A stretch of 64,000 nucleotides of DNA from an uncultured Candidatus Saccharibacteria bacterium (GTDB lineage Bacteria > Patescibacteriota > Minisyncoccia > Phycocordibacterales > Phycocordibacteraceae). Under the pieces are notes generated by a model. It saw only the letters and a program-made list of their open reading frames with translations. It was not told the DNA's origin and did not search any database. The first letter of the stretch is position 1. Every line of letters begins with the position of its first letter. Positions 61,844 through 64,000 of this stretch are shown piece by piece. The stretch covers positions 284,337-348,336 of the forward strand of contig CAZZAT010000001.1 in assembly GCA_964652615.1 (NCBI GenBank), written 5' to 3'. The position numbers and the translations under genes were made by a program.

Positions 61844-61887
61844 GGCCGGCAAGAGCGCCCCGAGGGGCGTTTTAAAATACAACAACG

Positions 61888-62073
61888 ATGAAGAACTTCT
61901 TGAGCTATCTGAAGAATGTGCGCGGGGAACTTGCGCATGTTGTCTGGCCAAAACCAAAGCAGGCGGTAATACACACACTACTTATTCTCGCTATTTCAGC
62001 GGTTGTTGCCGTCTTTATCGGCATCTTGGACTATCTCTTCACGTCCCTTATCGGCATGATTATCGCTCGCTAA
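61888..62073 (+). CDS. secE: Preprotein translocase subunit SecE
   Basis: 61 aa; ...VRGELAHVVWPKPKQAVIHTLLILAISAVVAVFIGILD...; precedes nusG. Confidence 0.8.
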   Translation: MKNFLSYLKNVRGELAHVVWPKPKQAVIHTLLILAISAVVAVFIGILDYLFTSLIGMIIAR

Positions 62074-62074
62074 T

Positions 62075-62644
62075 ATGGATACGCGCACCGCACCACAGTT
62101 TGATGAGAGCGATGCTTCAAACGAGCCGCGCTGGTATACCATCCATACCTACGCAGGCTACGAAAACGCTGTTGAGAGAAACCTCAAGCAGCGCATCGAG
62201 TCTCTTGGTATGCAGCACAAGATCTTTGAAGTTATTGTGCCAACTGAAAAGAAGGTTCGCGTGAAAGCAGGGAAGCGTGTTGTCGAGGAAGAGAAAATCT
62301 ATCCTGGCTACATTCTCGTGAAAATGATTGTTGATGAGGACTCATGGTTTGTTGTTCGAAACACTCCTCGCGTTACCGGCTTTGTGGGTTCTGGCGTCAC
62401 GCCCGTCCCTATGGAAGAGAGCGAGGTTGCAAGCCTCATGAAGCGTATGGGTCAGGAAGCTCCGAAGCACCGTATCGACCTTGTAAAGGATGATCCGGTC
62501 GTCATCAATGACGGGCCATTCAAGGATCTTGAAGGCAAGGTGGGGGAGATAGACGAGGAACGAGGCAAGGTGAAAATCATGGTTTCGATGTTCGGCCGTG
62601 AGACTCCGGTAGAACTCGATTTCTTGCAGATTAGGAAGCTCTAA
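62075..62644 (+). CDS. nusG: Transcription termination/antitermination factor NusG
   Basis: WYTIHTYAGYENAV...IYPGYILVKM...KVGEIDEERGKVKIMVSMFGRETPVELDF (NGN plus KOW). Confidence 0.9.
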   Translation: MDTRTAPQFDESDASNEPRWYTIHTYAGYENAVERNLKQRIESLGMQHKIFEVIVPTEKKVRVKAGKRVVEEEKIYPGYILVKMIVDEDSWFVVRNTPRVTGFVGSGVTPVPMEESEVASLMKRMGQEAPKHRIDLVKDDPVVINDGPFKDLEGKVGEIDEERGKVKIMVSMFGRETPVELDFLQIRKL

Positions 62645-62664
62645 GATAGATTCACAAGACGCAT

Positions 62665-63084
62665 ATGCCAAAAGTAGTAAAAAAGATTAAGCTCCAAATC
62701 CCTGCAGGGAAGGCAACACCAGCCCCTCCTGTAGGTACCGTACTCGGTCCTGCCGGCGTTAATATCGGCGACTTCGTCAACAAGTTTAACGAAGCTACTC
62801 GCGACAAGATGGGGGACATCATTCCAGTTGATCTCTCCGTGTATGAGGACCGCACGTTCTCATTCGTCTTGAAGACCCCGCCTGCCTCTCGTCTCATTTT
62901 GAAGATTCTCGGCATTGAGAAGGGTGCGCAGAAGCCAGGGCCAAAGAAGGTTGCAAGCCTCACCAAGGCACAGGTGCGCGCTATTAGCGAACAGAAGGCA
63001 CCAGACCTGAATGCCGCTTCTCCTGAAGCTGCAGACCGCATCATCGAAGGTACTGCACGTTCGATGGGTATTGATGTGAAATAA
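62665..63084 (+). CDS. rplK: 50S ribosomal protein L11
   Basis: [34 protein letters not shown]... Confidence 0.95.
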   Translation: MPKVVKKIKLQIPAGKATPAPPVGTVLGPAGVNIGDFVNKFNEATRDKMGDIIPVDLSVYEDRTFSFVLKTPPASRLILKILGIEKGAQKPGPKKVASLTKAQVRAISEQKAPDLNAASPEAADRIIEGTARSMGIDVK

Positions 63085-63100
63085 GGAGAGAAACAGAAGA

Positions 63101-63136
63101 AAGGCCGGAGCAAGAATGCTCCGGCCTTTCTTCTTA
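63101..63136. terminator. Bidirectional rho-independent terminator
   Basis: aggccggagc-aagaat-gctccggcct TTCTTCTT; between the rplK end and the convergent ATPase gene. Confidence 0.65.
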
Positions 63137-63685
63137 TAGTCCAAGCGCTTCTTTTACGATGCGAACGCGCTCTTCTCGTGGTCCTGTGACGGTGAGAATG
63201 GGGTAGGAAACCTGTGTCCTCAAAGAAAGCAGCTTATCAATAAAGAGCCGATTCACTGCGTCGATAAATGAACGATCTATATCACGAAGTTCATCGTCAA
63301 CGAGCGCAACGCCCGTAACAGTCGGAATGAAAACCAGCACATCAAATTGCTTCACATTCTCAAGAACGCGTGCCTCGGTCTCTTTCAGAAAAGATTCACT
63401 AATCTTTCCTTTGTCGTACTGGTACTTCGTATATACCCAGTTATCAATGAGACAACGGTCAAAGACTGCCTTCTCTGCAGGAAACTGCAAAGGTTGATTC
63501 TCAAGAAACTCAAGAATGGCACGCTGGGACTCCTCGCCAGTGTCTTGATTGATAAGAAGACCTTTTTCGTGGACGACATCTCGATAGGTATCGGTAGGTG
63601 TTGCGTACGAGGGGAATGCTGCAAGAAAGTCTTCGATAAAAGTCGACTTTCCTGTGTTTTGAGGGCCGATAACCGCAATGCGCAT
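63134..63685 (-). CDS. P-loop NTPase (AAA_28/NadR-like ATPase domain)
   Basis: Walker A VIGPQNTGKSTF; Walker B-like VLVFIP. Confidence 0.55.
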   Translation of the reverse strand: MRIAVIGPQNTGKSTFIEDFLAAFPSYATPTDTYRDVVHEKGLLINQDTGEESQRAILEFLENQPLQFPAEKAVFDRCLIDNWVYTKYQYDKGKISESFLKETEARVLENVKQFDVLVFIPTVTGVALVDDELRDIDRSFIDAVNRLFIDKLLSLRTQVSYPILTVTGPREERVRIVKEALGL

Positions 63686-63776
63686 TCCTCCGATTGTAGC
63701 GCATTTGCACCTCTTCCCCTGAAGCCGTACAGTGCGTTTCGGAGCAATAGTTCATAACAGAAAAGGAGGCGTCTAA

Positions 63777-64000
63777 TGCCAAATGGTGTTTTGCCCATAC
63801 AGAAGCTTCAAGAGCTTCTGCACCCGAAATTCATCGACGGGGTGGATGAGAAATACCTCAACCCCGCCTCTATCGATCTTCCTTTGTCGGAAGAAGCATA
63901 TCGGGTGGAAACCATCTTCCTACCGCTCCCAGGCGAAATTGTGCGTGATGCGCTTACGCTTGTGGGCGCTACGCCCCATAAGCTTACCGACCAGCTTGAG
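63777..64000 (+). CDS. dcd: dCTP deaminase-like protein, N-terminal part (runs off window end)
   Basis: GGAGG RBS; ...KYLNPASIDLPLSEEAY... resembles the Dcd/dUTPase-fold N-terminus; truncated at the window end. Confidence 0.5.

Overview
This 64 kb window looks like a small, gene-dense bacterial chromosome at about 50% GC. It most resembles a Patescibacteria/CPR-type genome, but that is inference from gene content only. Core functions include the replication-origin neighbourhood (rpmH-rnpA-yidC on the minus strand, dnaA-dnaN on the plus strand, with DnaA boxes), ruvA/ruvB/ruvC/ruvX, polA, murE, PBP1A, ksgA, nine tRNAs and several ribosomal proteins (S15, S20, L19, L11, L34) plus secE-nusG. Accessory content, by position: (1) a tightly packed 12.5 kb plus-strand operon at 13.1-25.6 kb encoding a type-IV-secretion-like apparatus (PrgI/VirB3-like, VirB4 ATPase split into two ORFs, TrbL/VirB6-like polytopic protein, VirB2/TrbC-like pilin with a Cys-rich extension, several secreted or membrane hypotheticals). 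(2) A UvrD/PcrA helicase interrupted by a 367-aa intein at helicase motif III. (3) A 2.9 kb array at 33.2-36.4 kb of small genes in both orientations, separated by seven same-orientation copies of a 29-bp element (GGTTCCAAYAGCGTCCCAGACAGCCAGCA), each followed by a variable hairpin; it lies between yebC-ruvC and ruvB and is the most unusual structure in the window. (4) A high-GC islet at 39.7-40.6 kb encoding two small secreted Arg/Tyr/His/Cys-rich proteins. (5) A low-GC islet at 52.1-54.3 kb flanked by tRNA-Arg(UCU) and tRNA-Val(UAC). (6) A free-standing LAGLIDADG homing-endonuclease gene whose 3' end overlaps tRNA-Leu(GAG). Type IV pilus genes (pilB; pilM-pilN-pilO) are present at two separate loci. 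All calls come from reading the sequence and the ORF translations; no database searches were run.
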